This document shows, piece after piece, positions 62,901 through 64,000 of a stretch of DNA of 64,000 nucleotides; positions within the stretch are counted from its first letter, which is position 1; each line of letters opens with the position of its first letter. Made by a program: the position numbers and the translations under genes. The notes below the pieces were generated by a model. The model searched no databases. It was not told the DNA's origin and was given only the letters and a program-made list of their open reading frames with translations. The DNA is from Lingula anatina (Eukaryota; Animalia; Brachiopoda), in NCBI GenBank assembly GCA_051362555.1, contig CM120646.1, forward strand, positions 434,001 to 498,000. The letters are read 5' to 3'.

Positions 62901-64000
62901 ACTACAAATTTTCTATTATCCAAGGTTTTGTCAAAAGAAAAATCAAGTAATTTCACACCCTTAGCCAAGAGGTATTTTGCCAAGGCGTGCTATAGCCACC
63001 TCCGTCACGGAGACACAGCAGTACAACACATAATACAGGGTTTATAGAAATGAACACTCAATGGGCGAACATACTGAACATACAAATCTTTTCTATCATA
63101 TCACTCTCTGATTAGCCTATTATGTCTTCACGTATGTCTGCAGGCTAAAAATTTTACAGCCTAATAGGTTATAGTAAAATGTTGAGAAAAAGGTTTCTGA
63201 TTCTGTGCTCTTTATTTTCTTTAGCCCAAATCATTTTCCATTCTCTCACAAACATTTACGTCGTAATTAAGAGAGATATATACAGACAGACAATGGATTC
63301 TTGTCATCAGATACAGACATGCCAATCAAGAGAAATGAACATATTACTGTTATAACAAAATCTGAAACAAGTACGGAATAAATTGAAGATGAACTGCTAA
63401 ATCTTTGTGGAGTTTAAGTTTACCACCTGACATCTCAAAAATAATCAATAATTTATTTACTGAAGGTAAGAGCACAGTCTACGGAGGTGTCAATGCAGTA
63501 TTTACTTAGTTGTAAAGATCATCGCAAAGGTTGAGGAACGCAGGGTCACCATGTCACCAACTCGCTGCCCTCAGGTGATCACTAAACTGGCAAACTGTTG
63601 GTGGTCTGACCCCCCATTATCTGACCCCCTACCATTATCTGACCCCCTACCATCACTTTCTCTGAACTGTCAGCTAACTCTGGTCTGGCAAACTGATGCC
63701 AAATGCTAAAAAATAATTCCACTTTGTCAGAAAAAAAAAAGAAGTTTAATATGTAACTACATTTATTTGGTCAAGGCTTTTATCAAATTGGTACAAAATT
63801 GCGATTTGCCAACGATTTGGTCCAAAGAAATATCATCTTGGAGATAGAGAATTAAAATGATCTGAATGTTTCCCTCCTCTCCTCCACATAATACAGCTTT
63901 ACTCCACACTTTGCCATCCCTGAACTCAAGTAGACCGTCAAGTCACAAGGTTGAATCATCTTCCAAATCCCCACCCTCCAACAAAGCTTCATCTTTAAAA

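Larger units (their letters stand above)
27293..64000 (-). other. Probable very long upstream intron (or introns) of ADAR2
   Basis: No recognisable protein-coding ORF. The plus strand is A/C-rich with many A runs (T/G-rich on the minus sense strand) and looks CpG-poor. The ADAR2 model lacks its start exon. Confidence 0.6.

Overview
AT-rich, intron-containing eukaryotic (animal) genomic DNA; the gene and repeat content suggests a lophotrochozoan, probably mollusc-like (inference). From left to right: (1) a possible first exon and promoter of a minus-strand gene running off the left edge; (2) a complete but decayed Tc1 (DD34E) transposon at 2693-4358 with TIRs and TA target duplications; (3) a 3-exon gene for a 304-aa multi-pass TspO/MBR-like membrane protein; (4) an HP1BP3-like linker-histone gene with 12 coding exons (747 aa, three H15 domains). 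It also appears to carry an N-terminal RFX-type winged helix, ends in an AT-hook and contains a U12-type (minor spliceosome) intron; (5) tail-to-tail with it, an ADAR2 (ADARB1) RNA-editing gene on the minus strand with two dsRBDs and an intact deaminase. Its first coding exon was not found, so 27.3-64 kb is probably mostly one giant intron. The strongest leads are a 30-bp, 27/30 intronic duplex just downstream of the ADAR2 dsRBD-exon donor (candidate self-editing/autoregulatory structure), the RFX-WH + 3xH15 + AT-hook architecture, the U12 intron with a decayed duplicate of its 3' end, a candidate recursive splice site in the ADAR2 intron, and a Helentron-type HINE carrying a 146-bp satellite with a perfect DR1 motif in every unit. 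Many small MITEs with 2-, 3-, 5- and 6-bp target duplications are also present. All alignments and exon models were done by eye.
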